Positions 35,809-44,373 of a stretch of 49,450 nt of DNA are shown here, in pieces. The DNA comes from a virus (Duplodnaviria > Caudoviricetes). Numbering within the stretch: position 1 is the stretch's first letter; every line of letters starts with the position of its first letter. Made by a program: the position numbers and the translations under genes. The notes beneath the pieces are model-generated. The model saw only the letters and a program-made list of their open reading frames with translations, had not been told where the DNA came from and ran no database searches. The stretch covers positions 1 to 49,450 of the IMG/VR virus record IMGVR_UViG_3300012933_000174, one strand, 5' to 3'.

Positions 35809-38800
35809 CTATCGTAAGTCTTTTGCAACTTGGTGGTATTGACCTTCCCAAGATAATTCATTCACCGTTAACTGTAAGTGGCTGTTTGTCCAGAATACCA
35901 TATTCGCATTATGCATGTCATCTTTGAAATAGTACGCCCAGTTCCCAGTGTAATTCGGTGTATGTCTGTAATCCATACTGTTTAATGATGTACTTCTATG
36001 AGTTTGAATCCTTTCCGTGATACCTAATCCTGATTTCGTCATTTTCGCTTCATACGAATTCGATACTGTTAAATACACATTCGTGATTCTGACCTTACCT
36101 CTAATTAAGCTTTCATTCGTATCACCAATATCTTTTCTGTAAATAATTGATGGTTCATATGAACTTGTGTAACTTACGCCTAGATAAACCTTAAGAGTTC
36201 CACTCGTCCCGATAATACTTGCCATTTCCAGTGTACTTATTTCAATTATAATTTCCGTGCTCGTTGTTGATACTGACACAATATTCAATTTCTCGAATTC
36301 TTTGATACAGTTTTCACCTGATATACACGTCCATAAAGGAACATCCAATACTTTGTAATTATCTATTGGAAATGCTAGTGTTGTACTTGACTTTTTATAC
36401 CCAACTACCATGTCATCTAAATGGACACGTTCTTTACCTGCTAGTTGGTTTTTAAATAAACTCAGTTTTTTGACCACAACTGGAGTGTCACCTAAATCTA
36501 GACCTATAGCATCTTGCGGAATATATAATGGATACGTAAATGGTGCTGTTTCAACTATATAGTTTCCTTGTCCACCCGCTAGAGCTGTACCATCAAGATA
36601 CATAAATTCGTCTATCATTGGACGATTTTCGAATGTAGGTAAGTCATTCCCTGTGTGACCAATGTCAAATATTGCTTCTCTTGGTGTTTGAAATGCCCAC
36701 CAGTCTAAGTGTACGTTCGGTCTGGTATACTTTAATACCCCATCAAAATAAACATATACTGTATTTCCCAATCTTTCTATGCTAATTCGGCATGGTACGT
36801 TTGGTACTACCGTTGCTGAGAATTCTGGTTCATAATTGAATAGTATCCATGAAGTGTTACTGTGGTTGACCAGTTCAATGCCCCCTAAACTTACCACCCC
36901 TGTATACATATCTATGTTTTGTGTTGTTGGGGTGTATATAAACCTTACTGTCCAATCATTCCCCATCATTAAGTGGTCCGTAGGGTTTGCCTGTAGGTAT
37001 ACCGCAGTTGCGTGATGTCCCGATCCTTGATCAGCGATAAATTGACCACTTCCAAAGACTCCTGGTGTTGATATTTGACTTTCATACCCAGTTTGTGTTA
37101 TGTTATACATTCCTCCTGGTACTGCGTTCGCAGGTGGGAAAGTATCGAAGTGTAAAATTAAGTTCGGATAATATACTAAATCCGGTGGTTGTTCAATAAC
37201 AGCGCCATGGCTATTACTTACTACCACATGTAAGTCATACTGACTCATGTACATATTAATTATGTTATTACTTGGAGAGAGTATCCATTTAGACCAGCTA
37301 TTCCAAGCTGCTCCTTTCCAGTTAAACCTGTCCGCAACGTAAAATACATTCCCAGTATCTCCATCTGTTTTACACGCTAAGAAATGTAGGTTCGGATTCG
37401 CTGCCATTAGTGTACATTCTCCTTTAAGATATCCCATTACGCCAGATGTTAATTCACCCGATACGTCTTGTCCAGTGTATGGTTGTGCCGTGTATTCGAA
37501 CACTCCCGTGCTGTCACCATAATTAATGGCAAAATACACGAAGTTCCCCGCACTTACTGGTTTAATTTTCCATTGCGTGTCGTATTTTGTTGTTAACGCC
37601 ATACTGACTGTCTCAGGAGTAATCGGTTGATTTCCTGGTATTTTAAATTGCGCATTCCGAGATGTTATTAACATGTCTTTATTGTGCGTTGTAATATGTC
37701 TTATTTCATCTATGCCAGTCGCTGACGAGCTTATGTCTACTGGATCTGTAACCATCAGTTTAATTGCTGAGGCTTTAAAGAAGTTCCATATATCGTCTGT
37801 TTCTGACATTACTACATTATTTCCAGATAAGAATACTAATCGTTTTTGAAAGTATCCAATACTAGTTACTTGATGCCCTACAAAGGAAGGATTCGGACAT
37901 GTTAATTCGTCACCTTTAATCCTTTCTCTCCAAGCTACATCTTCAATCCATGAGTACTTAATTAATGGTTCGATCAATACCGAATGAGGCATCGTTTCTC
38001 TATTTAATCTGTTCTTTAACCAAGGGTCTACTGTTTCCTGCCAGATAACTTCTGTCATTGTACCATCAGCTACTGGATTCACCTGTGCCGCTTTCATGAA
38101 ATACACTCCATTACCTTTTCCCTTTGTAGCTTTTTGTGGGTCTGGATTTATTTCTACAATGCTTCCCGCTATTGCGTACTTTGGCATGTTTTCAATGTTA
38201 TTCGTTACTGGATGTATAATTATAATCCCTTTTTCACCTTGACCACTTGTAATTAATACTTGCACTGTATCTCTGGTTGTTGCACCTAATGCATACACGT
38301 CTATGTTCGTACCTAATTGAACCGCTTTAAATGTCCCCCCAGATAATACTTCAAAGGCGACTGGACCTTGTGCATACATTGTTTGTGCCGCTTGGAATGC
38401 GTTCTGTATTGTAATCAGTTGCTCCATGGTGATTTCACCACGTCCTTGACTAATTACCATGTTGCCCCAAACTATTATATTCGTAACAAGTGTTAATAAA
38501 TCTGTGTTTATAATGCTATTAAAGTCCGCCCATAACGCATTATACTCCGCTGTTGGTGCTGCTGCATCATACGCCGCTTGTGCTATTACTGTTGCCGCTA
38601 TTGCTGCATCCAGTTCAACTAATGCTGCATCTCTAATTGCAATCAGTGTACTGTTTCCAGGATTTAAAGCAAGGTCTGCTACTGCTTTATCGTACGCGCC
38701 TTGTTTAATAGCTTGAGTTGCTTGAGCATCTTGTAATGCCGCTCTAGCGCTTGCCACGCCACCACCATACAATAATGCCATCGCATCTAACACTGCTGTA

Positions 38801-39609
38801 ATGTCCGCTGTTATACTATCCACACTCGCTGTAAAGCCATTCGATGCTGCTATGTAATCAGGCCATCCATTATTCGTCCCAATCAGATTCATATAATTCG
38901 CAATTGATCCTATCCAAGAGAACACAATACTTACTTGTCCTAGGAAACCTCCCCAAGCTGCTCCATTCAATTGTCTTGTTATGTCTTCAGCAATTACGGC
39001 TGTTGATCTTGCTATGTCCGCTGGACCAAAGTCAATACCGTCTGGGTTCATGTAATCTGGATTTTCTACTGTGTGAGTTACTACCTTTGAATACAGGAGT
39101 TCACCTGTTCTTGATAATCTATTCACTTGAAGTGTCAACGTATCACCATAATTCATGGCGGTAGTCACGTTTATGTGGGTTGGTTGGTTGTAATATCCTT
39201 TAATGTACGGATCCATGCTTATTGTGATTTTTGGATTTAAAATAAACACTGTATCATTAATCTGTTCCATGATTAAGTCTGTTACGTTATGAACTGCTGG
39301 ATTGAAATACTCCGTCGGTAAAAATCCAGTATCAGTCATATCATCACCTTTCCAGATGACTACTCTACCGTTCTGTAATACTAAGATGTGGTATTCAATT
39401 TCCGTTCTCATGTAATAGAAGTGTTTTACCGCTAAGTCTGTTCTATACAGAACTCTTTCAGCTTCCAGTCTTGGTCTTCTTGATAATCCATGGTAATGGT
39501 TACTTCTAAAGTTCACTTGTTCTTGCGCTGTACCCGTAGGTCTAGTTATTTGAGCCAATGTACTTACGCCTAAGATAGGGGCTCCAATAACGTCTTGAAT
39601 TCTTGCCAT
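35809..39609 (-). CDS. Tail tubular protein B / nozzle (gp12-like), enlarged
   Basis: GVS..AQ..R......EQ.N......GLSRRP, W.ER..GD....P.PSFVG, FQ.RL.FLSG..V.MS, D.VD, W.KW. Confidence 0.9.
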   Translation of the reverse strand: MARIQDVIGAPILGVSTLAQITRPTGTAQEQVNFRSNHYHGLSRRPRLEAERVLYRTDLAVKHFYYMRTEIEYHILVLQNGRVVIWKGDDMTDTGFLPTEYFNPAVHNVTDLIMEQINDTVFILNPKITISMDPYIKGYYNQPTHINVTTAMNYGDTLTLQVNRLSRTGELLYSKVVTHTVENPDYMNPDGIDFGPADIARSTAVIAEDITRQLNGAAWGGFLGQVSIVFSWIGSIANYMNLIGTNNGWPDYIAASNGFTASVDSITADITAVLDAMALLYGGGVASARAALQDAQATQAIKQGAYDKAVADLALNPGNSTLIAIRDAALVELDAAIAATVIAQAAYDAAAPTAEYNALWADFNSIINTDLLTLVTNIIVWGNMVISQGRGEITMEQLITIQNAFQAAQTMYAQGPVAFEVLSGGTFKAVQLGTNIDVYALGATTRDTVQVLITSGQGEKGIIIIHPVTNNIENMPKYAIAGSIVEINPDPQKATKGKGNGVYFMKAAQVNPVADGTMTEVIWQETVDPWLKNRLNRETMPHSVLIEPLIKYSWIEDVAWRERIKGDELTCPNPSFVGHQVTSIGYFQKRLVFLSGNNVVMSETDDIWNFFKASAIKLMVTDPVDISSSATGIDEIRHITTHNKDMLITSRNAQFKIPGNQPITPETVSMALTTKYDTQWKIKPVSAGNFVYFAINYGDSTGVFEYTAQPYTGQDVSGELTSGVMGYLKGECTLMAANPNLHFLACKTDGDTGNVFYVADRFNWKGAAWNSWSKWILSPSNNIINMYMSQYDLHVVVSNSHGAVIEQPPDLVYYPNLILHFDTFPPANAVPGGMYNITQTGYESQISTPGVFGSGQFIADQGSGHHATAVYLQANPTDHLMMGNDWTVRFIYTPTTQNIDMYTGVVSLGGIELVNHSNTSWILFNYEPEFSATVVPNVPCRISIERLGNTVYVYFDGVLKYTRPNVHLDWWAFQTPREAIFDIGHTGNDLPTFENRPMIDEFMYLDGTALAGGQGNYIVETAPFTYPLYIPQDAIGLDLGDTPVVVKKLSLFKNQLAGKERVHLDDMVVGYKKSSTTLAFPIDNYKVLDVPLWTCISGENCIKEFEKLNIVSVSTTSTEIIIEISTLEMASIIGTSGTLKVYLGVSYTSSYEPSIIYRKDIGDTNESLIRGKVRITNVYLTVSNSYEAKMTKSGLGITERIQTHRSTSLNSMDYRHTPNYTGNWAYYFKDDMHNANMVFWTNSHLQLTVNELSWEGQYHQVAKDLR

Positions 39610-40175
39610 TAGTTTCTTGGTCTCCACCATGGTTTCACTCTGTGCATGACTCTGCCTGGTCTTGGCGAATCCATCTTATTGATTCTTAGCTGTCTAATGT
39701 TCATGCTTGATGCTGCTACGCTTGCTGCTATTAAAATCTTTTCGAGAGTTCTAATAATACTCTCATCGTTTATTTCAGCTCTTACGAATTCGATCGCGGC
39801 TTTTATTTTAATTAGGTGTTGTATTGTTTCTGGAATTTCTATCCAAGGCAAGTCAAAGCTTACGTATTCACATAAAACATCCGCAAAAGCCTTATTCTCA
39901 TGGTTCAAGTTGTCTCTAAAACCAGTTGATCTGTAAATCATGTTCTTATCATACGGTATAACTGATAAAGGCACGTACCCCTCTATTAAGCCATTCACAT
40001 CTAGGTAACATGTTTTTTCTCTGTTAAACCACCAAACATTTCCCAGTGTTTGTTGTCTGGTTGTATCTAGCCATTCCTTTGCTGATTCCGCCTGTGGGTG
40101 TAAACTGTTTATGCTATCTACTGAATCCGCACCAACTGTTTTCAGAAGGTAATTCAGTGCTTCTAGTTCTTGCAA
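39609..40175 (-). CDS. Tail tubular protein A (gp11-like)
   Basis: ELEA.N..L..VG...V.S, WWFN.E, L.W.E.P motifs. Confidence 0.9.
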   Translation of the reverse strand: MQELEALNYLLKTVGADSVDSINSLHPQAESAKEWLDTTRQQTLGNVWWFNREKTCYLDVNGLIEGYVPLSVIPYDKNMIYRSTGFRDNLNHENKAFADVLCEYVSFDLPWIEIPETIQHLIKIKAAIEFVRAEINDESIIRTLEKILIAASVAASSMNIRQLRINKMDSPRPGRVMHRVKPWWRPRN

Positions 40176-40198
40176 AATTCCTCCTACCTTATTGTGAA

Positions 40199-40222
40199 AT
40201 GAAGGGCATTTCTGCCCCTCAT
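40199..40222 (-). terminator. Terminator-like hairpin after the capsid gene (T-phi position)
   Basis: ATGAGGGGCA-GAAA-TGCCCTTCAT followed by TTC. Confidence 0.75.
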
Positions 40223-40234
40223 ATTACCTTTTAC

Positions 40235-41389
40235 TTACGACTGTGCGTCGATAGCTGCAATCAATGTCGCTTTCGTGTAATCACGGTTACGGAATACACC
40301 ACCAGCGCAATGGATTTTATCAGGACCCAAGCCAAACGCTCTAATATCGTCAAGATACCAGGTTTTGTCCATTTCATTCCAGTACAGACTTGATCTGTGT
40401 GAAATTAAGTCCAGACCTTGTACCGCAGCACGATCGAACCATACCATACAGCATAACGCATCATCCAGTGTAGTGTCATACAAATTACCGTTCACAGCAT
40501 TACTTAACAAATGCGTTTCACCGATGTCTTCAGGTTTAGGTAAACGATTTGTGACTTCAACAGTCAGGCCATTCACTCTCAACACACGACCTTTATCAGT
40601 AGTCGTTGCATTCTGTTCGAACGTAGTTGCCGCGAAGCGATCGTTCGTCATTAACGCGTAATACTGAATTGGACTCATCAACAAGATACCAGTTTCTGGT
40701 TTCAAGTTCTGCAATCGCAAACGTTTACACAACAACAGAATTGCTGCTTCAATCTTTTGCCAATCAACTTCATCACCAACGGCATCGAACTCAACCACAG
40801 TACCACCTTTAAAACCAGTCGGGCAGTTACGTTCATGTTTAGTCCAACCTGCTCTCCAGGTACCAGTGGCTCTATCCCACCAGCCGCCATTGTAGTTATA
40901 CGTACCGATTGGTTTACCAGTATCGTCCACGTCAGGCATTTTGGCTGTAAATTGAGCCGCTTTGATTGCCATTAACGGAATCAATGGTTCAGCGAACTCG
41001 GTTAATTCAACCGCATGTTCTTCTGAAATTTCAGCTTTATGATCGTAGTCCATTAAGAACGTATCAATCATTGCAATCGGAGTACGTGAGATTACACCAG
41101 TATCAACTGTGAATTTCACTTCTTCGAAGATTGGTGTGTTAGTTCCAGGAATTTCGGAACGACCCATTTTCTGGATTTTTGCACCAGACATTTGCTTTTT
41201 GACTAGCGTACCCGAGGCTACTTGACGCCATTGTACACGTTGTTGGAAGTTCGATAACTCGACAATCCGTCGTTGCATACCACTGTCATATTCCTCTACG
41301 AAGTTCGGATTGACAAGTCCTGAATCGAGACCCCCTTTCCAACCTGCACGTAATACACCATCATTTAAGGTTTGACCCACTAAACTCAT
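40235..41389 (-). CDS. Major capsid protein (T7 gp10-like)
   Basis: F.EEY...., ..VD....R.......F..DYD...E...E....L, P.QY..L, V..TNRLP; position after scaffold. Confidence 0.92.
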   Translation of the reverse strand: MSLVGQTLNDGVLRAGWKGGLDSGLVNPNFVEEYDSGMQRRIVELSNFQQRVQWRQVASGTLVKKQMSGAKIQKMGRSEIPGTNTPIFEEVKFTVDTGVISRTPIAMIDTFLMDYDHKAEISEEHAVELTEFAEPLIPLMAIKAAQFTAKMPDVDDTGKPIGTYNYNGGWWDRATGTWRAGWTKHERNCPTGFKGGTVVEFDAVGDEVDWQKIEAAILLLCKRLRLQNLKPETGILLMSPIQYYALMTNDRFAATTFEQNATTTDKGRVLRVNGLTVEVTNRLPKPEDIGETHLLSNAVNGNLYDTTLDDALCCMVWFDRAAVQGLDLISHRSSLYWNEMDKTWYLDDIRAFGLGPDKIHCAGGVFRNRDYTKATLIAAIDAQS

Positions 41390-41426
41390 ACTTTACTCTC
41401 CTTTTCTATTGTTTAAATTATACCGA

Positions 41427-42041
41427 CTAATTCCCTTCTTGGGCGCGGCTTCTGGTACGGCGGGCTTCCAACGCTTTGAAGCGTTTATCAGAGCGAGGCA
41501 CACGTTCTTTTTCCAGTTTTTGTACTTCGTCTAGGTATTTCCATCGATCAATGTAATCATCGGTGAATTTAGGTGCTGCGCCGTCACCATTAACTAAGTC
41601 CAGAGGGTACGTTTGTGGATTTTCTTTCATGTATAAGTCGGCAAGCTCTTTTAAAGCTGCTTTTTGAGCACGACCACCTTGTACTGACATGCGTTGTAGT
41701 TCTTGGAAGTCTTCTGGAGACATATTCGCTTTACCCCACGCCCGCATATCTTCGAATGCAGCTTTTACGTCTTTAACGGATGTACCTCTAAAGATTTCTT
41801 TTAAATACTCTTCCTGCGCGCCACGGCGTTTTTCGTCTTCTTTCTTTGCCTGCTCACGTTTAATTTTTTGACCTTCCAGATACAGTGTTGTAATTGCAGG
41901 TCCGTGCGTGTTCATTAACAACGCCACTTGACCATCAGTCAATTGACCTTCATTTGCTGAAACTGCCAGAATATTAATACCTGCTAGTGTTAGCAGTTCT
42001 TCTTCTGTTTTTGGTTTTTCTACTGGGATTGGATCCGCCAT
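41427..42041 (-). CDS. Capsid assembly scaffolding protein
   Basis: W...NMS..D..E motif, Arg-rich C-terminus; between portal and capsid. Confidence 0.8.
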   Translation of the reverse strand: MADPIPVEKPKTEEELLTLAGINILAVSANEGQLTDGQVALLMNTHGPAITTLYLEGQKIKREQAKKEDEKRRGAQEEYLKEIFRGTSVKDVKAAFEDMRAWGKANMSPEDFQELQRMSVQGGRAQKAALKELADLYMKENPQTYPLDLVNGDGAAPKFTDDYIDRWKYLDEVQKLEKERVPRSDKRFKALEARRTRSRAQEGN

Positions 42042-42052
42042 CTCTTTTTCTC

Positions 42053-43600
42053 CTATTGTTTCGGTTCTGTGTTTTGAGCTGCTGCTTTATTCTGTTCAAG
42101 AGCTGCCTGATGTTCTTGTTCTTGAGACATTGCTTGTTGCTGGTCTCGTGTATACTCTTCTAACGTTTTCAATACTGTAGTATAGTCTAAACCATACCCA
42201 GCTGCCAACACCTTAATTAATTCATCATATTTTATCCATGCTGCTGCTTGTGGTGGAATAGCTGCTGCATTTGCTAAGTCTGTTAATAATCTTTTCCAGT
42301 TCTCCAAATCAGAGAATCTTGATAAAGCTTCTAAACCAGTTAATATAGTAATATGAATCCGTTTATAACTTGGATTTAACGCGTTCAGTAATCGTTTAGC
42401 TAAAGGATATTGTAACAAGAAGCTCAAGTTCGTATAAACACCACCTAAGGTGCTTTCTAATTCAGCTGCTTGCATTCTAATCTCTTCTGCTGTTACTCTC
42501 TCCGCGTCTCTTGTTACTGCTGAAGTTAACAAGAAGCTAGCCCCAAGTTTTCTTTCCAGTCTCTCTTGCTGAGCTACTAAACTGTCAATTTGTAGTTTAA
42601 CATCTGCTGAGAAACATGTAATATCATCTGGTTCACCAGGTACGTAATCGCCACTTTCCGCACTTTCTAAGTCCGTAATACTTGTGCTACAAGATGGTTT
42701 AACTAAAAATATTATGTTCGCTAAGACAGTTACTAGTTCAGCTATACTTTCCGCCACGTTACTCAATTGGCTAAAATCACCAGCTAGTGCTTCAACGTGT
42801 CCACGTCCATAATTGTCTCTGCCAAAGCGTTGCCAGAAAACACTGATGTATGGTAAGTCGTCTTTGTTATACACGCCGTCTTTTTCAGTTAATTTCCCGA
42901 TCTCTTCCATACTCTGATATACTTTGTATCTGTCTGTATTTCCGATTCTCTCCACGTGAGTGTAAATGACTAGTGGGACTGTGTCGTCTTCTTTACATTC
43001 ATGTCCTTTATCTTTCAATTTCTTTTTTATTGCATCTGGAAAGTTTCGTGGTAATTTCTTTTCTTTAATAATCAGTATGTTTAAGCTTCCATCGTAACTC
43101 AATTCACGAACGTATTCGTTTATGTTATACACTATCAACCCATTATCAGTGAATTTTAACACGCAATCGCCTACAGCAATTAACAATTGAAGAACTTCAA
43201 TCATTTTACCACGCATGTTACCACTATTAAATCTTTCCATTACTTCAGTTTCAATTTTACTTAATACTGTGTCAATGTCTGCTTTGTTCATTGTACCTAG
43301 GGCTTTCATCTCCTCTGGTGGTACTTTTAACTTCAAAAACGGTTTACTTGGATGAAATAATACTAATCCAATCTTATTCGCTAAGTTTATTAAACCTCTT
43401 GCGCCTGTACTTTGAAAGTCGTGTTGAATCTCTCTTTCCACGTAATTAACATCTTTTCTAGGCATAATACCAGGAATAGTCCAGGCTGTGTATTGCATCG
43501 CTCTAATCGCGAACATGTCTCTCTCACCTGATAATTCAAAGTATCTGTTTACAAAATGTGGCGTCTGACTGTTTAAGTCATTCTTTTCTACATTCATCAT
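42053..43600 (-). CDS. Portal (head-tail connector, gp8-like)
   Basis: WTIP, QSTGARG..NLANK, YGRG.VE...GD, RDAERVTAEEIR..A.ELE..LGGVY. Confidence 0.97.
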   Translation of the reverse strand: MMNVEKNDLNSQTPHFVNRYFELSGERDMFAIRAMQYTAWTIPGIMPRKDVNYVEREIQHDFQSTGARGLINLANKIGLVLFHPSKPFLKLKVPPEEMKALGTMNKADIDTVLSKIETEVMERFNSGNMRGKMIEVLQLLIAVGDCVLKFTDNGLIVYNINEYVRELSYDGSLNILIIKEKKLPRNFPDAIKKKLKDKGHECKEDDTVPLVIYTHVERIGNTDRYKVYQSMEEIGKLTEKDGVYNKDDLPYISVFWQRFGRDNYGRGHVEALAGDFSQLSNVAESIAELVTVLANIIFLVKPSCSTSITDLESAESGDYVPGEPDDITCFSADVKLQIDSLVAQQERLERKLGASFLLTSAVTRDAERVTAEEIRMQAAELESTLGGVYTNLSFLLQYPLAKRLLNALNPSYKRIHITILTGLEALSRFSDLENWKRLLTDLANAAAIPPQAAAWIKYDELIKVLAAGYGLDYTTVLKTLEEYTRDQQQAMSQEQEHQAALEQNKAAAQNTEPKQ

Positions 43601-43680
43601 TTTCCATACCACCTATCTGTTGCGAATAACCACAAAATAATAGCTAAGACTGCTAGTCCGTCCCAAATCCATTCCATCAT
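43597..43680 (-). CDS. 27-aa membrane peptide (MMEWIWDGLAVLAIILWLFATDRWYGK)
   Basis: Translated by hand; ATGA overlaps with both neighbours. Confidence 0.55.
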   Translation of the reverse strand: MMEWIWDGLAVLAIILWLFATDRWYGK

Positions 43681-43949
43681 AACGTCAATCCCTTCGTATC
43701 TTTCACTGTGCCATCTCCCGTGTTTTTGTCAACTTGTAAATTCACTTGTCCTTGAGAACCTTGTCCTAAACCTTCTGTGATTGAGAACTGTTCTGCTTTC
43801 CTGGCTTGTAATTCCTGTTTGTTCTGTGCGATTTGAGCAGCTCTAGCTGCTTCCTCTTGCGCGTGTTTCTGTTTCTTCTGTTGCATCATATTTGTGCCCA
43901 CTGATACAGCTGCACCAATTAACGCTCCGCCGATTGCTATAAAACTCAT
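43677..43949 (-). CDS. Small virion assembly protein (pre-portal)
   Basis: Gly/Ala N-terminus, Q/A-rich helix; typical position. Confidence 0.7.
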   Translation of the reverse strand: MSFIAIGGALIGAAVSVGTNMMQQKKQKHAQEEAARAAQIAQNKQELQARKAEQFSITEGLGQGSQGQVNLQVDKNTGDGTVKDTKGLTL

Positions 43950-44365
43950 ACGCCAACCTCTATTCCTAAGATATATTCTTCTTCTTCGCCTGGTTGTACT
44001 TCTAAAGGAACGTTATGCAGAGTCATCCAGATAGTTTCTGATTGTGTAATACCAATCCGTACTTCTCCTTCTTGATCCCAGCCCATGTTGAATCCAGATA
44101 ATTTCAGCCCTTTTTCGTCGTTCGATTTCCGAGTAATCATTTCACCAGATAACATCATGTACGCATTCTTTTCACGGCGAGGTTTTCCAATAATTAGAAA
44201 CCCGGCTGGTATTTTAATTCTGCGAGTATAAGTTTTATTCACACGTGTTTCTGTTAAGAACACTGTTTCCGTCTGTTCTTCAAGAGCTTCTTCCATACAC
44301 TCTATCATAAGTTTAAAGTCTTCTTTTGTTCCGTTTAATAACACATCTTCAAGATAATGTCCCAT
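43946..44365 (-). CDS. Cupin-like protein
   Basis: Y.R.I.IPAG..I.GK ... ET.W.T.H pattern; usual His ligands replaced. Confidence 0.6.
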   Translation of the reverse strand: MGHYLEDVLLNGTKEDFKLMIECMEEALEEQTETVFLTETRVNKTYTRRIKIPAGFLIIGKPRREKNAYMMLSGEMITRKSNDEKGLKLSGFNMGWDQEGEVRIGITQSETIWMTLHNVPLEVQPGEEEEYILGIEVGV

Positions 44366-44373
44366 ATTCTCCC

